Shown: positions 8,250-15,287 of the stretch, piece by piece
How positions within the stretch are numbered: position 1 is the stretch's first letter
Layout of the letters: each line of letters starts with the position of its first letter
Source of the DNA: a virus
Virus record (IMG/VR): IMGVR_UViG_3300045988_129598
Reading direction: 5' to 3' (one strand)
Length of the DNA: 63,683 bases
Translations under genes and position numbers: made by a program
Notes under the pieces: model-generated
What the model was told of the DNA's origin: nothing
Database searches by the model: none
What the model saw: only the letters and a program-made list of their open reading frames with translations

Positions 8250-9032
8250 TTATTCCCCCTCGGCAGATGCTATTGCAGAATCGATCAACTCATTAGTCAG
8301 GGGAACTATATCTCGATTCCGAAATTCGACGTCGAGCACCTCGTCAATATTTTCAAGACTTCCTGTGTCTCCGCGTGGGATCGTAAGCTTCAGTGCAATG
8401 CTTTTCCCCGTACCCGTTTGCTCAACTACAGCATTCGTTCCTGGTAAACCGGTTTCAACTGTGAATGTAATATTCGGAACAAAGTCATTATTGTCTAATT
8501 TTGTCTGAACTGTTTCAGCAGCAGTATTTGCCTTACTGGTCGCTGTATTGGCATTGTTGGTTGCGGTATCAGCATTTGACGCAGCAGTATTTGCTTTAGA
8601 AGTTGCTTCGTTAGCTTTGGTTGTTGCCGTATTAGCATTGCTCGTTGCAGTATCAGCATTCGACGCAGCAGTATTTGCTTTAGAAGCTGCTTCATTAGCT
8701 TTGGTCGTTGCGGTATTAGCATTCGAAGCCGCTGTATCAGCCTTGGTTGCGGCATTGTTGGCTTTCGTTGTCGCCGCATTTGCATTACTAGCTGCTGTGC
8801 CAGCTTTTGTCGCCGCATCGTTAGCCAGTTTTGCTTTGGTGTCAGCATTTGATGCAGCCGTATTTGCTTTACTGGTTACTGCATTGGCATTCGAAGCCGC
8901 TGTATCTGCTAAAGTTTTCGCATTACTGACATCCGTATAGCATTGCTCGATCGAATCGTGGATAGCATCGCGAACTTCTCGGCCATAAATAGCTGTCTTA
9001 ATTTGAGCGAGGTATTCACTGATCTTGCTCAC
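8250..9032 (-). CDS. fibre protein with Ala/Asn/Thr heptad repeats
   Basis: GTG start after GGAG. About 20 units of TAASNAN / TATTKAN / EAASKAN. N-terminus YLAQIKTAIYGREVRDAIHDSI. Confidence 0.6.
   Translation of the reverse strand: MSKISEYLAQIKTAIYGREVRDAIHDSIEQCYTDVSNAKTLADTAASNANAVTSKANTAASNADTKAKLANDAATKAGTAASNANAATTKANNAATKADTAASNANTATTKANEAASKANTAASNADTATSNANTATTKANEATSKANTAASNADTATNNANTATSKANTAAETVQTKLDNNDFVPNITFTVETGLPGTNAVVEQTGTGKSIALKLTIPRGDTGSLENIDEVLDVEFRNRDIVPLTNELIDSAIASAEGE
8500..8900 (-). repeat. 21-nt coding tandem repeats inside fibre gene
   Basis: Repeated gcagcagtatttgctttaga / gttgc(g/c)gtattagcatt units. They generate the spurious Ala-rich ORFs seen in other frames and on the other strand. 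Confidence 0.8.
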
Positions 9033-9036
9033 GGAA

Positions 9037-9360
9037 TCACTCCGTCCTGTTCCGACTCATCCAAGCGTCAAATCCATCAGGATAACGCTTTTTAAGCTTA
9101 TCAACATTCATCTGAAATACTTCTTGCATGGTAACGCCGAGTCCCTGACAGGCAAGTGCGATATACCATGCGACGTCACCGAGTTCTTTCATGATGGCAT
9201 CTTTATCAAGAATATGTCCCTGATAATTGGCTTTCTTTACGAGATCTGCCACTTCACCAGCCTCTCCAGTCAAACCGAGAGCAGCATCGATAAGCATCTG
9301 CTGGCGGTCCAGTTCCGGAGCAGTTCGCATAGCGGCACGATGATAATCATTTACAGTCAT
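9037..9360 (-). CDS. mazG: MazG-like nucleoside triphosphate pyrophosphohydrolase
   Basis: YHRAAMRTA...GLTGEAGEVADLVKK...KELGDVAWYIA is the typical MazG EExxE/D core. RBS GAAAGGAG. Confidence 0.8.
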   Translation of the reverse strand: MTVNDYHRAAMRTAPELDRQQMLIDAALGLTGEAGEVADLVKKANYQGHILDKDAIMKELGDVAWYIALACQGLGVTMQEVFQMNVDKLKKRYPDGFDAWMSRNRTE

Positions 9361-9431
9361 TTACGGCTCCTTTCATTCTTCCATTTTGAATACGTCGATC
9401 AATACCATTGAGACGATTAAAACCAACATGA

Positions 9432-10163
9432 TTAACTCAAAAGTTTGTTCCACGTTTTCTTTCCTACAATGCCATCCGCTTTAAGTCCGTTAGCTTCTTG
9501 AAAGGCTGTGATGGCTTTAAGCGTTCGACTGGCATACTTTCCGGTAGCAGACAGGACGTAGCCTCGATTGATGAGCATCTGCTGCATAAGCTTTACATCG
9601 TCACCCTGCATACCCCATTTAATGACTCTATAATTTCCAACCGTAGATGGAGTGTCAATGTCGTCTTCGATCGGGTCAGGCACCGCCCCAACAGTAGGAT
9701 AATCGACACCTTTGAGTTCACCCCAGCAATGCCATTGACTGAGTTTGCTCGTAGTCACGCCGTAAAGGGTGCTCTTGGCTTCGATAATAGTTTTATCTCC
9801 GATATACAGACCGGTATGATAATAATCATCGTCTCTGACTTTGAATACAGCGGTTCCAGGAAGAATCTTTGCCATGGCCTCTTCGGTGAGTGTGCCTTTT
9901 GTCGTACACCACTTTTTCCACATCGTATTGCTTCCGTGATACATCTTTCCGCCAAGTTGTTTAAATGCCCAAGAAAACAACCCACTGCAATCGGCTACTT
10001 TATGGCCAACCCACTGCTGGCCGTATTTGATAGCCATCTCATTCTTGGTATTATCTTGATCTTTTTGTGTCCATTCGCCGCCAGCTTTTCCAAGAATGTA
10101 TCCCCAATTATTGTCAAGAGCATATTGAAACTTTTCGATAAGCTGCTCCGGTGTAATACTCAT
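9432..10163 (-). CDS. endolysin: NlpC/P60 peptidase + PG_binding_1 domain
   Basis: Catalytic context VADCSGLFSWAF...YHTGLYIG. C-terminal GDDVKLMQQMLINRGY...FQEANGLKADGIVGKKTW. RBS AAAGGAGG. Confidence 0.85.
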   Translation of the reverse strand: MSITPEQLIEKFQYALDNNWGYILGKAGGEWTQKDQDNTKNEMAIKYGQQWVGHKVADCSGLFSWAFKQLGGKMYHGSNTMWKKWCTTKGTLTEEAMAKILPGTAVFKVRDDDYYHTGLYIGDKTIIEAKSTLYGVTTSKLSQWHCWGELKGVDYPTVGAVPDPIEDDIDTPSTVGNYRVIKWGMQGDDVKLMQQMLINRGYVLSATGKYASRTLKAITAFQEANGLKADGIVGKKTWNKLLS

Positions 10164-10185
10164 GAGTATTCCTCCTTTTTTTTAG

Positions 10186-10220
10186 ATATAAAAATAAGAG
10201 ACCATGCTTTCATGGTCTCT
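10186..10220 (-). terminator. strong intrinsic terminator between promoter-like motif and endolysin
   Basis: Minus strand AGAGACCATG-AAAG-CATGGTCTCT (10-bp stem) followed by TATTTTTAT. It lies downstream of motif 10243..10267 and upstream of the lysin RBS. Confidence 0.7.
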
Positions 10221-10225
10221 CGAGA

Positions 10226-10269
10226 CGTATTCTATCTCCTCTATTATAGCATATGTTCTTGACGCGAGG
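10226..10269 (-). promoter_or_regulatory. extended promoter/leader element (44 nt, copy of 36867..36910)
   Basis: Minus strand CCTCGCGTCAAGAACATATGC-TATAAT-AGAGGAGATAGAATACG. It matches 36867..36910 at 41 of 44 nt and contains TGn-TATAAT. Confidence 0.55.
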
Positions 10270-10377
10270 CTATTCTTCCATTTTGAATTTTGATAAGCAC
10301 CTGCCGTCAGTTTGCTTATGAAAATTAAACAGAATATTCGGCGCAAAATTGGTCGATTTTGTTCCTTGGTAAGGATG

Positions 10378-10410
10378 AGGTCGCCGGTTCGAATCCGGCC
10401 ATCAGCTCCA
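10378..10410 (+). other. tRNA 3'-end fragment: candidate attP core
   Basis: AGGTC-GCCGG-TTCGAAT-CCGGC-CATCAGC-T-CCA gives a variable loop, T-arm, 3' acceptor strand and CCA. No matching 5' half (GCTGATG) lies upstream. It sits 67 nt from the integrase stop. Confidence 0.6.
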
Positions 10411-10412
10411 CG

Positions 10413-10455
10413 AAAAACCCTTAAGTTTCTTAGAAAACTTGAGGGTTTTCTTTTT
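10413..10455 (+). terminator. terminator following the tRNA fragment (also usable for int on the minus strand)
   Basis: AAAACCCTTAAGTT...AACTTGAGGGTTTT then TTTTCTTTTT. The single non-Watson-Crick pair is U-G in plus sense. Confidence 0.65.
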
Positions 10456-10476
10456 ATACTTCGACAAGGTTAGACC

Positions 10477-11655
10477 TCATCCGTCAGCTTTTGTTCCGTT
10501 TCGTGTTCCATAGACGTTCATTTTTTCCTTTGCCTGCCTATACAATTCGGGTCGATATTTGACGTATCTTTGTTCCGTAACTTCTGTTTTCTGATGCCCA
10601 AGCAGCCTGGCGATCATATCGATCGAAATGCCAGATTCACGCCACTCAGTTGCACAAGTGTCTCGGAAGTCATGCGCAGAGTATTCCTTTACATCGCACA
10701 TATCGCGAATTCGATCGAAAGCCTTCTTTGCTTCTGTATAGCTCATGGGCGTCTCCCGTTTTAAGTCTTTGTAGCTATACAGTATAAATCCGGTTTGTTC
10801 TCGTGGCGCTAACTCTGCCATGAGATTATTTGGAATTGGAATATAGCGATCATGCCCGTTCTTTGTAGACTTCACTTCCGGCAGATTTCGCTTTGGGTGT
10901 ACGACCGCCCGTCGAATGTGGATATAGTCTCGCCCTACATCGATATCTTCCCAGCGTAGTCCAAGAACTTCTTCCATTCGCATACCCGTAGAGCATAACA
11001 GCGCCGCCATGCGACGTTCTCGCACGTCCATAATGGGGATACGTTCACGGACGGCAGCGATCTTCTCCGGCGGCAAAGCCTTATGATGCACGGTCGCTTT
11101 TCCTTCAATTTTAAGTCTGGAAGAATGCAGCGGATTCCTTTCAATATATCCGTCTTCTACAGCGCTGTCAAAAGCTGGAGACATGATGTTTTTAATCTTC
11201 AAGATAGTTTCTTTCGAGTATTCTTTCGCCAGTTCATTGAACCAAAGTTGAATATCCCCTGTGCTGATTGCATCGATAGGTACATCTCCAAATTTGGGCA
11301 TGATGTGATTCTTGATCATCCGATCCCGATTGACCATCGTTGAAGAGCACTGGTTCGACTTATAAGTACGAATATATTCCTTCAGATAATCTCCGAACTT
11401 TACTGTCTTTTCTCTTCCATTTTGATTTTCCGGTTCAGAGGACTCGAACAACTTTCTGTAGTTCTCCAGCATATCTCCGATGTTTGCACCTGTTACCCAG
11501 CGTTCTTTTCCGTGGACTGTTACAAGTTGCTTCAGTCGTTTAGCCATATCATTTTCTCCTTGATCTGCGTCGAATATTCCGTTTTCAAGGAGCATAACGG
11601 TTAGCATCAGTGCCTGATATACCTCATCCATAGTGTACAGTCTAGCATTGCTCAT
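10477..11655 (-). CDS. int: tyrosine integrase
   Basis: 392 aa. Catalytic signature: R in STGMRMEEVLGLRW, HDFRDTCAT (H-x-x-R), LLGHQKTEVTEQRYVKY (H...Y). Confidence 0.9.
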   Translation of the reverse strand: MSNARLYTMDEVYQALMLTVMLLENGIFDADQGENDMAKRLKQLVTVHGKERWVTGANIGDMLENYRKLFESSEPENQNGREKTVKFGDYLKEYIRTYKSNQCSSTMVNRDRMIKNHIMPKFGDVPIDAISTGDIQLWFNELAKEYSKETILKIKNIMSPAFDSAVEDGYIERNPLHSSRLKIEGKATVHHKALPPEKIAAVRERIPIMDVRERRMAALLCSTGMRMEEVLGLRWEDIDVGRDYIHIRRAVVHPKRNLPEVKSTKNGHDRYIPIPNNLMAELAPREQTGFILYSYKDLKRETPMSYTEAKKAFDRIRDMCDVKEYSAHDFRDTCATEWRESGISIDMIARLLGHQKTEVTEQRYVKYRPELYRQAKEKMNVYGTRNGTKADG

Positions 11656-11684
11656 GTCAACCTCCTCTATTTTTTAGATTTTCC

Positions 11685-11713
11685 TTGACATTTACTGTGG
11701 CTGCGAGTATATT
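11685..11713 (+). promoter_or_regulatory. canonical sigma-70-type promoter
   Basis: TTGACA (11685-11690), 17-nt spacer, TATATT (11708-11713). Divergent from int and drives micro-gene 11773..11937. Confidence 0.65.
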
Positions 11714-11721
11714 ATCTCCGC

Positions 11722-11744
11722 TCTCATACAGAAGCCGCTCAAGG
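11722..11744. repeat. left arm of 23-nt inverted repeat
   Basis: TCTCATACAGAAGCCGCTCAAGG. Its reverse complement occurs at 11952..11975 with one extra T. Confidence 0.85.
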
Positions 11745-11772
11745 CTATCTTTCACAGAAAGGAGGTGATGCC

Positions 11773-11937
11773 ATGAATGTGGGCTTCTCTTGCCCCGGTA
11801 AAAAGGGCAATACTGTCTACGGTACCGCAGCGTTGCTTCGGAAGATGACCGTCGATCTTGATACCGCTAAAAAGGTTCAGGAGGTAATGGACAATGAACA
11901 GAAGAAAGTTCACAAAACTTCATCTAAAGTCCAGTAA
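11773..11937 (+). CDS. 54-aa protein of unknown function (plus strand)
   Basis: Below track cutoff. GGAGGTG lies 6 nt before ATG. Product MNVGFSCPGKKGNTVYGTAALLRKMTVDLDTAKKVQEVMDNEQKKVHKTSSKVQ. Has its own promoter. Confidence 0.5.
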   Translation: MNVGFSCPGKKGNTVYGTAALLRKMTVDLDTAKKVQEVMDNEQKKVHKTSSKVQ

Positions 11938-11951
11938 TTTACTCGGATTCA

Positions 11952-11975
11952 ACCTTTGAGCGGCTTCTGTATGAG
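11952..11975. repeat. right arm of inverted repeat
   Basis: CCTTTGAGCGGCTTCTGTATGAGA, 15 nt after the micro-gene stop. Confidence 0.85.
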
Positions 11976-12030
11976 AACGAAAAATATCCGGCTGTCACGG
12001 TCTATTGCTAGGCTTGAATTCCACACTCGA

Positions 12031-12192
12031 TCATTTCGTTTCGCCGACTTCCGAAGAAGCGGTTTCTTTAGAAATCATATTGTTCAGAAACGTGATTGAT
12101 GCGTAAAGCATGCTTAGATTCTGCTCACCATGTACTTCGATATTGTTTAAAGTCTTAATGACTTTCAGAATATCATTTTTTTCGACTTGCAT
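12031..12192 (-). CDS. 53-aa hypothetical protein
   Basis: Below track cutoff. ATG overlaps the stop region of gene 12194..12559 (TGATATG). Product MQVEKNDILKVIKTLNNIEVHGEQNLSMLYASITFLNNMISKE... Confidence 0.35.
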   Translation of the reverse strand: MQVEKNDILKVIKTLNNIEVHGEQNLSMLYASITFLNNMISKETASSEVGETK

Positions 12193-12193
12193 A

Positions 12194-12559
12194 TCAGTTC
12201 TCCCTCACAATCGCAATAGGCTCATAAACAAATTCGTGGAGATTGTCTGCATCCACTCCAAAGTCCAGATACATCCGTTTTACGCCGTAAACCTGAGCCA
12301 TATGGTCTTCAAGGCGACAACCCGCCGACTGATAGTAGCATGGTAGGAAGAAACAGACGTCTGCCTGACTCATGATTTCCGTGCATTTCGCCATATACTC
12401 AAGCGGCGTAAATTTAGAGGTATCATAATCTTCAAAGTATGTCGGCAAAATCTCACAGTCGGGATAGTAAATCTGAGCGACTTTAATGCCGTTTTCCCGA
12501 TCGATCTCGATCTGTTCTTTAGTCAGTCCTGCCATCGGCTGAGAAATATAAACCTTCAT
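12194..12559 (-). CDS. DUF4406-like (nucleoside 2-deoxyribosyltransferase-like) protein
   Basis: MKVYISQPMAG... and ...QADVCFFLPCYYQSAGCRLEDHMAQVYGV match the remembered DUF4406 pattern (MKIYIAGPMTG; W-x-x-S-x-G-x-x-x-E). Confidence 0.55.
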   Translation of the reverse strand: MKVYISQPMAGLTKEQIEIDRENGIKVAQIYYPDCEILPTYFEDYDTSKFTPLEYMAKCTEIMSQADVCFFLPCYYQSAGCRLEDHMAQVYGVKRMYLDFGVDADNLHEFVYEPIAIVREN

Positions 12560-12572
12560 TGCACTTCTCCTA

Positions 12573-13148
12573 TCAAATCTTTAATACGGTAGCAGTTGCC
12601 GTTGTGAGCGTTGCTTTTTTTAGACTCACTCTGGTTGCTTTGGAAGTATTGTAGAATCTCGGATTCGCGCTTGATGGTGCGTATACCACTTGCTTGCCAA
12701 CAGTCGTTACCGAGCTTCCCTCTTGGTACAAAACATCATCGTATTCGACCGCCGATACGGACTCTCCCCTTGGATAAACCGTTGTAGAGCTCGCCGTGTA
12801 GTATACCATTTTACGTGTTGCCGTTCGTTGATAAGTTCCACTGGATGAGGCTTCCAAATAGGTTTTTGTATCAGATGCGCCTTGCTTTGTAACACCGCTG
12901 GTGTTTCCTCTATAAAACGTATCGGGCCAATGTGCCACGCCTATCTTCTTCTCCGACGTTCCCGCCAAATAGACATTGCTGTTCGCTGCATTGTTTCCGT
13001 CAGAATCCGTAAGACTGGACGCAGTATAGTCCATCCAAACCTGGGACGGCGTGTATCCAGTCCCATTCATATCCGTGATGGACGATGCGACGTAATTGGT
13101 ATATAGGGTCGGCAGTTTATCGTAACCTTCGATTGCTCTATGTGCCAT
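12573..13148 (-). CDS. Ser/Thr/Tyr-rich repeat protein, unknown function
   Basis: 191-aa ORF with five Y-x-A-S-S-like repeats (NYVASSITD, DYTASSLTD, YLEASSSGT, YYTASSTTV, VYAPSSANP). Weak RBS. Confidence 0.55.
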   Translation of the reverse strand: MAHRAIEGYDKLPTLYTNYVASSITDMNGTGYTPSQVWMDYTASSLTDSDGNNAANSNVYLAGTSEKKIGVAHWPDTFYRGNTSGVTKQGASDTKTYLEASSSGTYQRTATRKMVYYTASSTTVYPRGESVSAVEYDDVLYQEGSSVTTVGKQVVYAPSSANPRFYNTSKATRVSLKKATLTTATATVLKI

Positions 13149-13406
13149 ACCTTTCGGTGTGGCGAGGACTATCTCACCAAGAAAATACTTCCATTTTGAA
13201 TTTTCTCAGGCCTGCCGCTTTGGCCGAAGCCTACTCCCCCGCCGGGGATAGTCTCTGAACATTACCCTGTTCGGGTCTTAGCTGCGCTGATTGTCCAATC
13301 CTTATCGATTTTTAGAGCATTCGCACTCAGGCTTCTTTCATCCTCATGCTGTAGCTGATAAGGCTCTAAGGAGTTCCCCGCAATTCAACAGGTCCGCGCC
13401 GAGAAT
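13149..13406 (-). other. 258-nt GC-rich structured non-coding region
   Basis: No ORF. Minus sense contains GGC-UUCG-GCC, CCCC-GGC-GGGG, ACCC-GAACA-GGGU, and long-range stems UUAGAGC/GCUCUAA and GAGACUAUC/GAUAGUCCUC. Confidence 0.4.
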
Positions 13407-15287
13407 TTAGTTGAAGGTGATTGTGTCTCCATAAGCTGGCGTGTATGTTGTTGGGACAAATGCCTCACTCGTTCGAAGAAACGTAACATACTTGTCACCT
13501 TCAAGATGAATCCCATAAGTTGACGCCTGCGTAAAATCGGTTACGACTTTGACTTGACCTTTAGTTACTGTGCTGCCGCCAAAGGTCATCGTTTTGACTT
13601 CCAAATATCCAATGTCCGCGCTGTTCGTGGTGAGAGCAGCCGTCTTGACGTAGCCGCCATCAAGCAATTTGATAATCGCGCTTGAAGTGACAAGACTATC
13701 CACATATGCTTTTTTAGCATAAAGATTTTCGATATTGGTGATCTCACTGTTGATGTTGGTGATGTCCGTATCAATATCGAGAACGCTTTTCTTCAAGCCG
13801 TCAATATCTTTAATCGACAGCTCGATGCTTCCGCGAACATCGTTAATTTCATCGGACACGTCGGCTCGAATGGAACTGTCCGTCTGAGAGATTTTAGTCT
13901 CCAGACCTTCTTTGGTGTTCTTGATCTCAGATGTTAGAGATCCTTCCATCTGTGTAATCGTCGAAGACAGCGTGTTCAATTTGTTATGAACGTTTTCGAT
14001 GATCTTGCCGTCGCCAACCGTTAAAGCGGCAGTGATCTGCCCAAGCGTGCCCCCGGGCAGACTTTCGAGATTGACCACCTTGTCCTTGATCGTAAGAACG
14101 CCGTTCACCTCGGTGATAAACTTCTCAAGCAAACTTGCCGCCGCAGCACCGCCTGCACCGCTTCTCTTTGCAGAGCTCGCTGTTGAGGATGTACTTGCAC
14201 TGCTGCCGGTGAGCGTTCGATCTTTCCGAAGCGTGATCTGGTTCGGATCAGTCAACGTATATTGGGTTTTGGAAGGGTCTTTGATGTTGACCTCGATTGC
14301 AGTGCAGATCAGAATCCTCTCGACACCATGAATGGGAGATTTTACTGTGATGGAATCGCCCAGATTAAATGGCCGAACCGTCGGATAGAATCGGTGCAGA
14401 TCGATTGCTTTGATGCTCAATTTAGGAGGAATGCCTTTATAGTTATCGGTCATGTACTTCTCGGCTTTTTCCATCAAAGTTCCCGCATCTGTAATGTCAC
14501 CGAAATCTTCAGTCTTTACAATTCGTCCATAGATAGCAATCGCTTCTGCATTTTCAAGATACTTCCCATTATGCGTGTACTTTTGGGAATCTCCGGCGGC
14601 TTCAATCGTAAGCTTGTCTTTTCCGATCGGAAGTAAAACTGTGAACAGATCTTCTCCTGTCTGCTCATTCATCAAGTCAATCAGGTTCTGTCCAAATTCG
14701 ATCGTTTGTGAAGATGTTGCATTGTAAGACTTCAAATAGTCGATGCATCGAATTCCATTTTCGTATCGAATTCGCAAATATCCGCCAAAGGAGTCGATCA
14801 AGTCAGACTGAATTGCGGAGAATGTTTCTCGATAATTGTCTTCGCCAAAGATATGTGACTCGGCCTTCTCGTCAATCTCAATACTGCCAACTGTGAACTT
14901 TTTCGTATCTTCGACTTGAGCATTGTGGGAATCAATGAGAAGCCGAAAATGCTCCTCGGCGGTCCTTGTCCCTTTTGACGGACCAAAAATGGAATCAACC
15001 AAATAGGCAAGTGTTCCTTCACAATAAACCTTGCGCTGCTTATACGTATCGGCATTATTTCTTAGAACACGACTTGAAAAAATCAGCTCTTCATCACGAT
15101 ATACGTCAATCCACGTCTTCATGGCTGGAAGCATATCGTAAAATAAATGTCTTGGAAGCATGGTAAATTCAACACTTCCGGCCTTGTTGACTTCCATTTT
15201 GATAATCGGACTGATCAGTTGATAATCGGGGTCGGCCCAATCGCTCGCGAAAATAAGCTCGTCGTTTGCATAGAGTCGATAATTCAT
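13407..15287 (-). CDS. tail-associated lysin/Tal-type distal tail protein
   Basis: 626 aa directly after Dit. N-terminus MNYRLYANDELIF...MEVNKAGSVEFTM is typical of siphovirus Tal/prophage-tail-endopeptidase N-domains. Coiled C-terminal part. Confidence 0.65.
   Translation of the reverse strand: MNYRLYANDELIFASDWADPDYQLISPIIKMEVNKAGSVEFTMLPRHLFYDMLPAMKTWIDVYRDEELIFSSRVLRNNADTYKQRKVYCEGTLAYLVDSIFGPSKGTRTAEEHFRLLIDSHNAQVEDTKKFTVGSIEIDEKAESHIFGEDNYRETFSAIQSDLIDSFGGYLRIRYENGIRCIDYLKSYNATSSQTIEFGQNLIDLMNEQTGEDLFTVLLPIGKDKLTIEAAGDSQKYTHNGKYLENAEAIAIYGRIVKTEDFGDITDAGTLMEKAEKYMTDNYKGIPPKLSIKAIDLHRFYPTVRPFNLGDSITVKSPIHGVERILICTAIEVNIKDPSKTQYTLTDPNQITLRKDRTLTGSSASTSSTASSAKRSGAGGAAAASLLEKFITEVNGVLTIKDKVVNLESLPGGTLGQITAALTVGDGKIIENVHNKLNTLSSTITQMEGSLTSEIKNTKEGLETKISQTDSSIRADVSDEINDVRGSIELSIKDIDGLKKSVLDIDTDITNINSEITNIENLYAKKAYVDSLVTSSAIIKLLDGGYVKTAALTTNSADIGYLEVKTMTFGGSTVTKGQVKVVTDFTQASTYGIHLEGDKYVTFLRTSEAFVPTTYTPAYGDTITFN

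Noticed and set aside
8495-8940. Ala/Leu-rich and Gln/Arg-rich ORFs (8548-8940 plus, 8495-8848 minus, alternative frame), and a periodic repeat that could be mistaken for an array.
   Set aside because: They are alternative readings of the 21-nt coding repeats of fibre gene 8250-9032. There are no unique spacers, so this is not a CRISPR array.
9373-9429. An 18-codon hydrophobic ORF (MLVLIVSMVLIDVFKMEE) between the endolysin and mazG, as a possible mini-holin or spanin.
   Set aside because: It has no RBS, is very short, and the sequence also fits a plain intergenic spacer. The evidence is insufficient.
10272-10288. The 17-nt match CTTCCATTTTGAATTTT at 10272-10288 and 13186-13202 as direct repeats bounding the integration cassette, plus the many ccattttga occurrences (9380, 11415, 15190, 16190, 23026, 25405, 29965...).
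   Set aside because: A single 17-mer repeat is near chance expectation for a 64-kb genome. The flanks do not align without indels. Most other occurrences are inside genes in different frames (QNG, KME codons).
10328-10410. A complete tRNA gene ending at 10410.
   Set aside because: Only the T-arm, 3' acceptor strand and CCA can be formed. No 5' acceptor strand (GCTGATG), D-arm or 5-bp anticodon stem is present upstream, so it is treated as a fragment (attP).
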